DNA of 64,000 bases, taken from assembly GCA_023411395.1 (NCBI GenBank), contig JAEYOV010000062.1, positions 42,033-106,032 of the forward strand. Direction: 5' to 3'. Below the pieces are notes generated by a model, which searched no databases, was not told where the DNA came from, and saw only the letters and a list, made by a program, of their open reading frames with translations. How positions within the stretch are numbered: position 1 is the stretch's first letter; each line of letters begins with the position of its first letter. A program made the position numbers and the translations under genes. This DNA comes from Bacillota bacterium. GTDB lineage: Bacteria > Bacillota > Clostridia > Christensenellales > Aristaeellaceae. This document shows, in pieces, positions 54,239-61,797 of this stretch.

Positions 54239-55126
54239 ATGCGGTTTTTGATCCTTACAGGCCTGTCCGGCGCGGGCAAAACGGTGGCCATCCGCTATCT
54301 GGAGGACCTGGGGGCTTTTTGCATCGACAACCTTCCTCCCATGATGATCATCAAATTCATGGAGGCTTGCCAGACCTCCCCCATGCGGACGCCGTTGGTT
54401 GCCATGGCGGTGGACGTACGCAGCGGCGAGTTTTTCGATGCCCACGCGGTGCGCAAGGTCATCAGTGAAACGCGGGAGATCGGCTATCAGATTGAGACGC
54501 TGTTCATGGAAGCCAGCGACGATGTGCTGGTGAGCCGCTATAAGGAAACACGGCGGGACCATCCCCTGGCCAGCGAAAATGTGGGCCTGCAGGAAGCCAT
54601 CCTGGCGGAGCGGGAGCTTTTGCAGCCCCTTCGGGAAACAGCCAACTATTTGATCGATTCCAGCACGCTCCGGCCAAGAGCCCTGCAAAAGATGCTCTCG
54701 GACATCCTGGCCACACAGTCTGATTCCCAGTACATGCGTCTGGAGATTCTCTCCTTCGGCTTCAAGCGGGGACTGCCCAGAGAAGGCGATCTGGTGTTTG
54801 ACGTGCGGTTTTTGCCCAACCCCTTTTACGTGGAGGGGCTGGGGCGGCACACCGGGTTGGATGAGGATGTCAGGACATATGTGCTGGAACATCCCGTGAC
54901 GGCGGAATTTTTGGTAAAGGCCATGGATATGATGAATTTCTTGCTTCCCCATTACCAGGAGGAAGGCAAGCACCGTCTGGTGGTGGCCATTGGCTGCACC
55001 GGCGGCGCCCACCGCAGCGTTTCCATTGCCGAAGAGCTGGCCGTCCGCTTGCGCGCCCAGGGATTCCGGGTGGATGTGAATCATAGGGATCTTGATTTGG
55101 AGCAGGCCCACTGGAAAATGTTATAG
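54239..55126 (+). CDS. rapZ: RNase adapter / nucleotide-binding protein RapZ (YvcJ)
   Basis: The sequence MRFLILTGLSGAGKTVAIRYLEDLGAFCIDNLPP...FDVRFLPNPF...CTGGAHRSV is the RapZ pattern. Confidence 0.92.
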   Translation: MRFLILTGLSGAGKTVAIRYLEDLGAFCIDNLPPMMIIKFMEACQTSPMRTPLVAMAVDVRSGEFFDAHAVRKVISETREIGYQIETLFMEASDDVLVSRYKETRRDHPLASENVGLQEAILAERELLQPLRETANYLIDSSTLRPRALQKMLSDILATQSDSQYMRLEILSFGFKRGLPREGDLVFDVRFLPNPFYVEGLGRHTGLDEDVRTYVLEHPVTAEFLVKAMDMMNFLLPHYQEEGKHRLVVAIGCTGGAHRSVSIAEELAVRLRAQGFRVDVNHRDLDLEQAHWKML

Positions 55127-55145
55127 CCTTTTTGAGGAGGTACTC

Positions 55146-56108
55146 TTGTCTTTTTCCTCCATCGCCAAGGACGAGTTGGTGCGGCTGCCTTTTGGCAAGC
55201 CCTGCTGTATGCTCAGCGAGCTGAGCGCACTCTTGCAGACCTCCGCTTCTCTTTCCCTAAGGGGGGGCGGACAGGTGCGCCTTGCCTTCCGGGTGGAAAG
55301 CGCAGGGCTGGCAAGGCGCATCTTTCTCCTTTTACGTACACTTTTTTCCATTACCCCCTCGCTGCACTTTGTGCGCCACAGCCGCTTGGGCGGCCAGCGC
55401 AGCAGCGTTTTGACACTGGAAACGGAGGATGCGCTAAGGCTTCTGACTGCCCTTGGCATGATGGCGGCCGGGGAGGACGGCGCATTGCACATGGTCCGCA
55501 CCTCGCCCAGGAACGCCGCCCTTCGGCAATGCTGCCGCAAAGCCTTTCTGCGGGGAGCGTTTCTGGGAGCGGGATCCATAACAAGCCCGGAAAAGGGGTA
55601 TCATTTCGAAATCGTAGCCGGCGAACCCGCATTGGCTTCCGCCCTTGTCAGGCTGATGGAAAAATCAGGGCTTCCTGCAAAACAGATGGCCCGAAAGGGC
55701 ACAGTTGTGGTATACTTAAAAGAGAGCGAACAGATCGTATCCGTCCTAGGCCTGATGGGAGCACACCAGGCGCTTATGTCCCTGGAAAATACCCGCATCC
55801 ACAAAAACGTGATGAACTACGTCAACCGCATGATGAATTGCGACACCTCCAACATGGAAAAGCAACTGGATGCGTCCCGCCGCCAGATCGAAGCGATCCG
55901 CGCACTGTCCCTATCCAGGGGGCTGGGTGCGCTCCCCCCTTCCCTCCAGCAGGTGGCGAGATTGCGGCTTTCACAGCCGGAAGCCACGCTTTCGCAGCTT
56001 GGCGAAATGCTGGAACCACCCCTTGGCAAATCCGGTGTCAATCACCGCCTGCGCAGGATCGTCGAGCTATCGCAGGCGCTGGATACGCATAAGGAGGATG
56101 AACCATGA
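55146..56108 (+). CDS. whiA: DNA-binding protein WhiA
   Basis: TTG at 55146 lies 5 nt after GAGGAGG. The sequence FSSIAKDELVRL...CC...AFLRGAFLGAGSITSPEKGYHFE, plus a C-terminal HTH (TLSQLGE...SGVNHRLRRI), fits WhiA. Confidence 0.88.
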   Translation: MSFSSIAKDELVRLPFGKPCCMLSELSALLQTSASLSLRGGGQVRLAFRVESAGLARRIFLLLRTLFSITPSLHFVRHSRLGGQRSSVLTLETEDALRLLTALGMMAAGEDGALHMVRTSPRNAALRQCCRKAFLRGAFLGAGSITSPEKGYHFEIVAGEPALASALVRLMEKSGLPAKQMARKGTVVVYLKESEQIVSVLGLMGAHQALMSLENTRIHKNVMNYVNRMMNCDTSNMEKQLDASRRQIEAIRALSLSRGLGALPPSLQQVARLRLSQPEATLSQLGEMLEPPLGKSGVNHRLRRIVELSQALDTHKEDEP

Positions 56109-56368
56109 TACGAAGAGAAGTTGCCTTGCCTTGCCAGGAAGCATTGCAGCGCCGTACCGCCGCCCAGCTTGTGCAGGTGGCCAGCCGCTTCGATGCCCGC
56201 ATCATGATCGAACACCACAGCAAGGTCATCAACGCCAAGAGCATGCTGGGCCTTTTATCCCTGGGCACAGCCATCGACGGAAAGCTTTATCTGGTGGCAG
56301 ATGGCGAGGATGAGCAAAGGGCTGTGGATGCCATCGCGCGGCTGCTGGACAGCAATTTTAACGAATAA
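56105..56368 (+). CDS. crh: HPr-family protein of the Crh type (no His15, regulatory Ser46 context present)
   Basis: 87 aa. The position aligned with HPr G-I-H-A-R-P reads A-L-Q-R-R-T. The sequence NAKSMLGLLSLG keeps the Ser46 motif. The position after whiA matches the B. subtilis yvc operon order. Confidence 0.75.
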   Translation: MIRREVALPCQEALQRRTAAQLVQVASRFDARIMIEHHSKVINAKSMLGLLSLGTAIDGKLYLVADGEDEQRAVDAIARLLDSNFNE

Positions 56369-56494
56369 ATCCCAAAGCGTCAGTGCCGGCCAGGCGCCGG
56401 AAGTACTTGTATTGCAAAAAACGGGCAGAAAGGCTATTCGTATGCCTCTCTGCCCAGTTGCGTATTCATGGACAAGCGTGTGCGGAGGGATAAA

Positions 56495-57568
56495 ATGAAC
56501 GGCATACTGGAAAACGGATACCGGTTCCTGTATGAACACGGCGCTCCGGTTCTGAAAAACGAAGCGGCCATGGCCCTCGGGCTTTCAACCGGCGGCCTTC
56601 GGGATGAAATGCTCCGCCATCCGCAGGTGCAATACTGGCTCGAGCGCCTTGCCCATTTTATGGAAAAGCCTGCCATCCACAACGCAGCAGACCAATGCTT
56701 TGAAAACATCATGCACAAACTGCTGTCCCTGGGCGTGCGGGAAGGCGACCATCCGCTGCTTTCGGAATGCAGCCATGGGCTGATTCAGTACATGAAGGAG
56801 CATGAGGGCGACTTAAGGTTCTGCGACACGATCAATCCCGCGATCCTCTGCGGCTGGCTTACGCACATGGGGTATGGGGAGGACATCGTATGCAGGCTTG
56901 TCCTTCAAAGGATAGAAGCGGTGTACGGTTTTGTGAAGGAAGGCAGCTATGAGATATACGTAGACCCGAAAGGCTATCCCCCCATACCAGCCGCCAGGGC
57001 GGGCCATCCGCTGGTCAATCCCGCGCTCTATGAGGGCAATGTGTGGAAGCTTCCCACCGTTCACGATATGTTTCTATATGCCTGCCTGCCGCAGCCATTG
57101 CAGGGTGACTTAAGCCTGCCCGGCAAGATCGATACAATGATAGGATATATTCTGGACAGGTGTTACCAGCGCCTCCACACAGGGTACGGCCTGATGCATG
57201 TAAAGCCCAACAAATATTACAGCATGGGCTGGTCCGTGCACCTGAGCGGATATGAAGAAAGCGGCAGCCTGCCGCTTCTTGAAAGCACCGTGTGGGCCAT
57301 GGAGCTTATGTCCCACTTCCCGCGCGCCCGCAAATCAGAATGGTTCCTGCGCATGCTTGCCCACCTTGAGCAATTCGGGGAAAACGGCGTGTACGAATTT
57401 CCGCCAGAATACATTTCCGAAGCAAAGAACAAGTATTTTGTAGGCGGCGGACACATGGGCCTTGGCGAGGACAGGAAGAAAAAAATCTCCCGGAAACTGG
57501 AGTCCACCGCCTGGATGATGCGCATCCTGTCCCATAGCGAACAGGACGAAGCTCCCGCATCTCATTGA
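56495..57568 (+). CDS. Hypothetical cytoplasmic protein, no recognised domain
   Basis: ATG at 56495 lies 5 nt after GGAGGG. 357 aa, with no TM segment or signal peptide. It is rich in aromatic residues, Cys and His, and codon usage looks native. Confidence 0.6.
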   Translation: MNGILENGYRFLYEHGAPVLKNEAAMALGLSTGGLRDEMLRHPQVQYWLERLAHFMEKPAIHNAADQCFENIMHKLLSLGVREGDHPLLSECSHGLIQYMKEHEGDLRFCDTINPAILCGWLTHMGYGEDIVCRLVLQRIEAVYGFVKEGSYEIYVDPKGYPPIPAARAGHPLVNPALYEGNVWKLPTVHDMFLYACLPQPLQGDLSLPGKIDTMIGYILDRCYQRLHTGYGLMHVKPNKYYSMGWSVHLSGYEESGSLPLLESTVWAMELMSHFPRARKSEWFLRMLAHLEQFGENGVYEFPPEYISEAKNKYFVGGGHMGLGEDRKKKISRKLESTAWMMRILSHSEQDEAPASH

Positions 57569-58422
57569 TACGTCTGGCAGAAAATCTTCACATACCAGTC
57601 CTTGGAGTGCAGCTTGTAGGAGATCTTTTCATCCACCTGCAATTCCTCAGGCAGCGCCTCCATGTTCCGCTGCTTTTGGGCGGCTTCCTCCGAGCTGTCA
57701 TAATAATATTGATATTTTTTCACCCGGTTGGAGACGTTGCCCTCGATGGTGGTTAAAAGATAGCGTCCGTCGCCCAGATCCTGAGCATCCACCACCAGTC
57801 CCGTATGGATGTTGTTGTAGGATTTTTTGAATACGCTGTAGATCACCATATATCCCGGCCTTGGAATGTTGGTTAATCGCTCCATCTTTTGGTAGCCCTT
57901 CAATATCTTGCCCACGCCGGCCTCGCTGATGGCCCAGGTGGCGTTTTCATCCACCTTTTCCGCCTTCTCCACACGGAACATGGGCACCCCGGCCTCCTCA
58001 AAGCACCAGCCCACGAAGGCGCCGCACCAGCCGAAAGCCACACCGTCCTTCTTGGCGTACCACTTGGTGTACTTGTTGGCCCGTTTGATACCCTTGAGGT
58101 CCAATGTCACAAATTCGTTCTCGGCGATGGCGATGGCCTTTTTCATCAGTTCCGTGGGCACATTCCTATCCACCGTCAAATCATAGGCGATGGTTGCACT
58201 CCCCGCTGACAAAAGAATTTGGCAATTCCCTTCCGCATGGGCGGTGATGTTTCCCGCTTCGTCCACGGTAGCCACCTGAACGTCGGTGGATTCCCATCTG
58301 TCCGCAACCGGCGCTGCCATGGTCTCCCCGGGGTGCATTTGAAGCTTCTCCGCCAGGGCCGGTCCGCTTAAAAGGCACAGTATCAATACCATCATGAAAA
58401 CGGTCCGCAGCATCCTGCCCAT
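57562..58422 (-). CDS. Secreted CHAP-domain peptidoglycan hydrolase with an N-terminal Ig-like (Big_2-type) domain
   Basis: ATG at 58422. Signal peptide MLRTVFMMVLILCLLSGPALA. The sequence WESTDVQVATVDEAGNITAHAEGNCQI is Big_2-like. The sequence WCGAFVGWCF...PRPGYMVIY...HTGLVV gives the CHAP Cys and His. Confidence 0.75.
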   Translation of the reverse strand: MGRMLRTVFMMVLILCLLSGPALAEKLQMHPGETMAAPVADRWESTDVQVATVDEAGNITAHAEGNCQILLSAGSATIAYDLTVDRNVPTELMKKAIAIAENEFVTLDLKGIKRANKYTKWYAKKDGVAFGWCGAFVGWCFEEAGVPMFRVEKAEKVDENATWAISEAGVGKILKGYQKMERLTNIPRPGYMVIYSVFKKSYNNIHTGLVVDAQDLGDGRYLLTTIEGNVSNRVKKYQYYYDSSEEAAQKQRNMEALPEELQVDEKISYKLHSKDWYVKIFCQTYQ

Positions 58423-58518
58423 TGTACAATCCCCCTGTCTCCTGGAAGTATACCACATTTCCAAGAGAAGGGGGAATGTCGCAGATATTTTTACAGCCTG
58501 CTTTAGGACGCGCAAATG

Positions 58519-58977
58519 TTATTCCTCTTCCCGCTCCCTGTTCCGGGCCCGCTGCACAAGCGCCAGGATCAGGGCAACCGCAAGGCTTACAGCGGACATA
58601 ACAAAGAGGATGACGTCGGATGCATCCCCGGTTTCCGGCACGGCCTGGGACGGAGCCGATTTCCCATACAGCAGGAGGCCCAAGGCGGCCATCGCCGCCG
58701 CCAGCACAACCAGAAAAACAACCTTCACGCGGCCCCGTGCCTTATCGGCCTGGGGAGGAAGATAGGCGTTGCCCGCGATGATCCTCGCCAGATAAATGCC
58801 GGCGCATATGGTCACGATGACCATCATGTTGGCCGGATAGGGAATCCAGCTAATTCCTGCCCCATGCAGCGCCGTATCGGTCAAAATACCATAGAGCAGC
58901 AGCAAAAAACATTGATTGCCGATGCGGTTGCGTAAGGTCCGCTGTCTTTCATCCAGGCCGCGTTTGTCAAGATTCAT
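58519..58977 (-). CDS. Small integral membrane protein partnered with the XRE regulator
   Basis: ATG at 58977 overlaps the regulator stop. There are four hydrophobic segments and a charged C-terminus, QRARNREREEE. Confidence 0.6.
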   Translation of the reverse strand: MNLDKRGLDERQRTLRNRIGNQCFLLLLYGILTDTALHGAGISWIPYPANMMVIVTICAGIYLARIIAGNAYLPPQADKARGRVKVVFLVVLAAAMAALGLLLYGKSAPSQAVPETGDASDVILFVMSAVSLAVALILALVQRARNREREEE

Positions 58978-59134
58978 GTGAATCCTCCTCCCAAAACAGT
59001 TGATCCAGGCTTTTCCCCAGAGTTTTGCAGATGGCAATGCACAGGTTGATGGTGGGGTTGTAATCCCCGCTTTCAATGGCGTTGATGGTTTGCCGCGTCA
59101 CGCCTACCGCTTCCGCCACATCCTTTTGCGACAT
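58967..59134 (-). CDS. XRE/Cro-family HTH transcriptional regulator; true start unresolved, with homology extending upstream to about 59173
   Basis: The frame reads (GTG)KNLRLKAARAARDMSQKDVAEAVGVTRQTINAIESGDYNPTINLCIAICKTLGKSLDQLFW. The first ATG (59134) would delete HTH helix 1. There is no ATG, GTG or TTG between the upstream TGA and that ATG. Confidence 0.6.
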   Translation of the reverse strand: MSQKDVAEAVGVTRQTINAIESGDYNPTINLCIAICKTLGKSLDQLFWEEDSHES

Positions 59135-59295
59135 ATCCCTTGCCGCCCTGGCCGCCTTCAGACGAAGATTCTTGCCCGTGCCGTCCGCCTCCCCTCATCT
59201 GCGCTTTACAGCAGGAGCATATCATATTTTTGACGTTATATCAATTATTTTTTACAAAAAGAATTTTATATTTGATTTACTCTGTTCGCAAGATT

Positions 59296-59321
59296 AAAAA
59301 ACAGGCCGCTTCCGCGGCCTG
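59296..59321 (-). terminator. Intrinsic terminator after the P-type ATPase gene
   Basis: On the minus strand: CAGGCCGC-ggaa-GCGGCCTG followed by TTTTTT. Confidence 0.8.
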
Positions 59322-59360
59322 GAGCAAAAACCATGAGGCTTGAAAAGGTATGCTTCGGGA

Positions 59361-61475
59361 CTACCTCCTCAGACGGATCATACCTGTCAAAAGCACGCAC
59401 AGCAGGGATACGCCCACATCCGCGATCACCGCCAGCCACATGCTGGCCACGCCCGCGATGCCCAGTACCATTACAAGCAGCTTGACCGCAAGGGCCAGAG
59501 CAACATTCACACGCACGATAAGAGCGGTACGCCGGGCGGTTTTGATTCCCTCGGGCAAAGCAATCAAAGTGCCCGCCGCCAGCACGCAGTCTGCGGCCTC
59601 CATGGCGGCCTGGCTGCCGATGCCGCCCATGGCGATGCCCACGTGGGCCGCAGCCAGCACCGGCGCGTCGTTGATGCCGTCCCCCACAAAGGCCACATGG
59701 TGGCCGGCGGCGGCAATTTCCTTCACGGCGCTTACCTTGCCCTCCGGCAAAAGCCCGGCGTGTACATTGGAAATGTTGGGAAGGCTTCTTACCGCCTGCG
59801 CGCCTTTTTCGGAATCACCCGTCAGCACGGTGACGGAACCAACGTCCAACTTGTGAAGCTCGTCAAGGACGCCGGACGCTTCCTTACGCAAGGTATCGCT
59901 CAAATGGAAGCTGCCCAGATACCGCCCGTTTTCCGCTGCGTGCACCTGATCGCCCGTATGCCCCGGGGGAACTTCAATTCCTTTTTCCGCAAGCATGCCT
60001 TGGCTTCCGCACAAAATTTCCTTTGCGTTCGCCTTCACATAAACCCCCTTGCCGGGGATTTCCTCATACGTTTCCGGCTCCTTAGTCAGCATATGGCTCA
60101 TCATCCAATCCTGCATTTCGTCAGAAGTGAGGATGCTGCGCGCCAGGGGATGCTGGGCCTTGCTCTCGGCATAGAGGGCTGCTTCCATGAGCTCATCCCG
60201 GAGGATGCCATCTGCCGGACGCACCGTCCGAAGGCGGAACACGCCTTCCGTCAGCGTCCCCGTCTTGTCCAGAGCCAGCGCATTCACCTTCGCCAGCGCT
60301 TCCAGCGCCGCGCCGCCCTTGACCAGCAGTCCCCGGCGGGCGCTGTCGCCCATCCCGGCCACATAGCTAAGGGGAACGGACAGGACCAGCGCGCAGGGGC
60401 AGCTGATCATCAAAAGCAACAGCGCCCGGTACCCCCATTCCGCGAAGCTTCCCAGCCTGAAAAGCGGCGGCAGAAGAAAGATCAAAGCGGCCACACACAC
60501 CACAGCCGGCGTGTACACGGCGGCGAATCTGCCAAGAAACCGTTCCGGGGCCGCCTTTTTGGCAGCTTCCTCCCGGGTGAGACGCAGGATGCGGGCAACA
60601 GTGCTTTCGGCGGCGGGCTTCTCGCACAGGATGCGAATCAGCGGCCCCGTATTCTGGCTGCCGGAAAGCACCTTGTCCCCTGGCGCGCAATTCACCGGAA
60701 CGGATTCCCCGGTGAGCGCGGAAAGATCCAGCGCGCTGTGGCCCAGAACGATTTCCCCATCCACAGGCACCCGCTCTCCCGTGCGCACCTCCAGAATATC
60801 CCCCGGCCGCACGGCGGCGGTGGGCATATCCACCACCTCCTGAAGCACCACGTGAGCCGTGTCGCTTACCAGCTTGGAAAGCGCCCGGATATCGGACCGG
60901 CCCCTTAAAACCGCCATATCCTGCAGCGTTTCTCCCACGCGGTAAAACAGCATCACCGCCGTTGCTTCCGCCCCTTCCCCCAATGCCCAGGCGCCCAGGG
61001 TAGCAACGGTCATCAGCAGCGTCTCATCCAGCGTCTGCCCGTTTTTCAGGCGCAAATATGCCATTTTCACCACTGGGAAGCCTGCCAGAAGATAAGCGGC
61101 GATCAGTAGCAGCGTTTCGCCCAGCGGCCAGATGGAGCCCAATAAAACGCCGGCTGCCAGCAGCAGCAAACTGGCGCCCACAGCCATAAAGGCTCGGATG
61201 AACTCCTTCCGCTTGCTTTCCTCTTCCTTGATCACATCGCCCGCAGTCTGTTCCTGCCAGGCAAAGACCTGCGTTTCGGGCTCAATCGCCTTCACCGTGT
61301 CCCTGATCAGCGTCTCTATTTCCATGGCGGGCTCCCCCGCAAATTCCACCGTCAGCCGCTGGGCCGCAAAATGGACCTGTGCGTTTTTCACGCCCGCCAG
61401 CGCACCCACGGCATGCCCTATCTTTTGGGCGCAGTTGGCGCAGCCAAGGTCTTTCAGCCGGTAGCTCCTGACCAT
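59361..61475 (-). CDS. Heavy-metal-translocating P1B-type ATPase (Cd/Zn/Co-like)
   Basis: The N-terminal HMA domain carries GCANCAQKI (CxxC). The TM6 motif is SCPCALV. Other motifs are DKTGTLT, GDGINDAP and TGES. 704 aa. Confidence 0.9.
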   Translation of the reverse strand: MVRSYRLKDLGCANCAQKIGHAVGALAGVKNAQVHFAAQRLTVEFAGEPAMEIETLIRDTVKAIEPETQVFAWQEQTAGDVIKEEESKRKEFIRAFMAVGASLLLLAAGVLLGSIWPLGETLLLIAAYLLAGFPVVKMAYLRLKNGQTLDETLLMTVATLGAWALGEGAEATAVMLFYRVGETLQDMAVLRGRSDIRALSKLVSDTAHVVLQEVVDMPTAAVRPGDILEVRTGERVPVDGEIVLGHSALDLSALTGESVPVNCAPGDKVLSGSQNTGPLIRILCEKPAAESTVARILRLTREEAAKKAAPERFLGRFAAVYTPAVVCVAALIFLLPPLFRLGSFAEWGYRALLLLMISCPCALVLSVPLSYVAGMGDSARRGLLVKGGAALEALAKVNALALDKTGTLTEGVFRLRTVRPADGILRDELMEAALYAESKAQHPLARSILTSDEMQDWMMSHMLTKEPETYEEIPGKGVYVKANAKEILCGSQGMLAEKGIEVPPGHTGDQVHAAENGRYLGSFHLSDTLRKEASGVLDELHKLDVGSVTVLTGDSEKGAQAVRSLPNISNVHAGLLPEGKVSAVKEIAAAGHHVAFVGDGINDAPVLAAAHVGIAMGGIGSQAAMEAADCVLAAGTLIALPEGIKTARRTALIVRVNVALALAVKLLVMVLGIAGVASMWLAVIADVGVSLLCVLLTGMIRLRR

Positions 61476-61517
61476 AAATTTTCCGCCTTTCTTCCCGGTA
61501 TTTGCCGGAATAAATCA

Positions 61518-61567
61518 ATGAGCGATCGCCCATATTTATTATATGCGCAATCGCTCATATGTGTCAA
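61518..61567 (-). promoter_or_regulatory. ATPase promoter with a 9-bp inverted repeat bracketing the -10 (candidate metal-repressor operator)
   Basis: On the minus strand: TTGACA (61567-61562), 18-nt spacer, TATAAT (61543-61538). The half-sites ATGAGCGAT (61558-61550 on the minus strand) and ATCGCTCAT (61526-61518) are perfect reverse complements. Confidence 0.6.
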
Positions 61568-61621
61568 TAGTCATATGAAAATCTGTTCAAATATTTTATT
61601 CCAGGATATCCCAGGTTGGCG

Positions 61622-61797
61622 GGGGTCATTTCTGAACGCTTTTTTTGACCGTTCATTTTGTCCGTTCATTTCTGACCGCTTATTTTTGCCCGTTCATTTT
61701 GCCCGGTCATTTCTGAACGCTTATTTTTGACCGTTCATTTTGTCCGTTTATTTTTCCCCGTTTATTTTTGTCCGTTCATTTCTCGCCGTTCATTTCT
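61622..61797. repeat. Array of 13 tandem 13-14-nt units with an ~81-nt higher-order period
   Basis: + strand units: GGGGTCATTTCT, GAACGCTTTTTTT, GACCGTTCATTTT, GTCCGTTCATTTCT, GACCGCTTATTTTT, GCCCGTTCATTTT, GCCCGGTCATTTCT, GAACGCTTATTTTT, GACCGTTCATTTT, GTCCGTTTATTTTT, CCCCGTTTATTTTT, GTCCGTTCATTTCT, CGCCGTTCATTTCT. Confidence 0.9.

Noticed and set aside
53141-55111. 656-aa ORF on the minus strand.
   Set aside because: It is antisense to murB and rapZ, which carry textbook motifs. It has no RBS, and its composition is dominated by Gly, His, Arg, Pro, Ala and Leu.
57562-59182. The CHAP hydrolase plus XRE regulator plus small membrane protein as a prophage remnant or lysis cassette.
   Set aside because: There is no integrase, terminase, portal, capsid or holin-like gene, and no att-like repeats. 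The CHAP protein has a Sec signal peptide and an Ig-like domain, which suggests a resident cell-wall hydrolase.
61622-61797. Possible CRISPR array or coding minisatellite.
   Set aside because: The units are 13-14 nt and contiguous, with no spacers, and no cas genes are present. The period is not a multiple of 3, and most units contain TGA on the sense strand.
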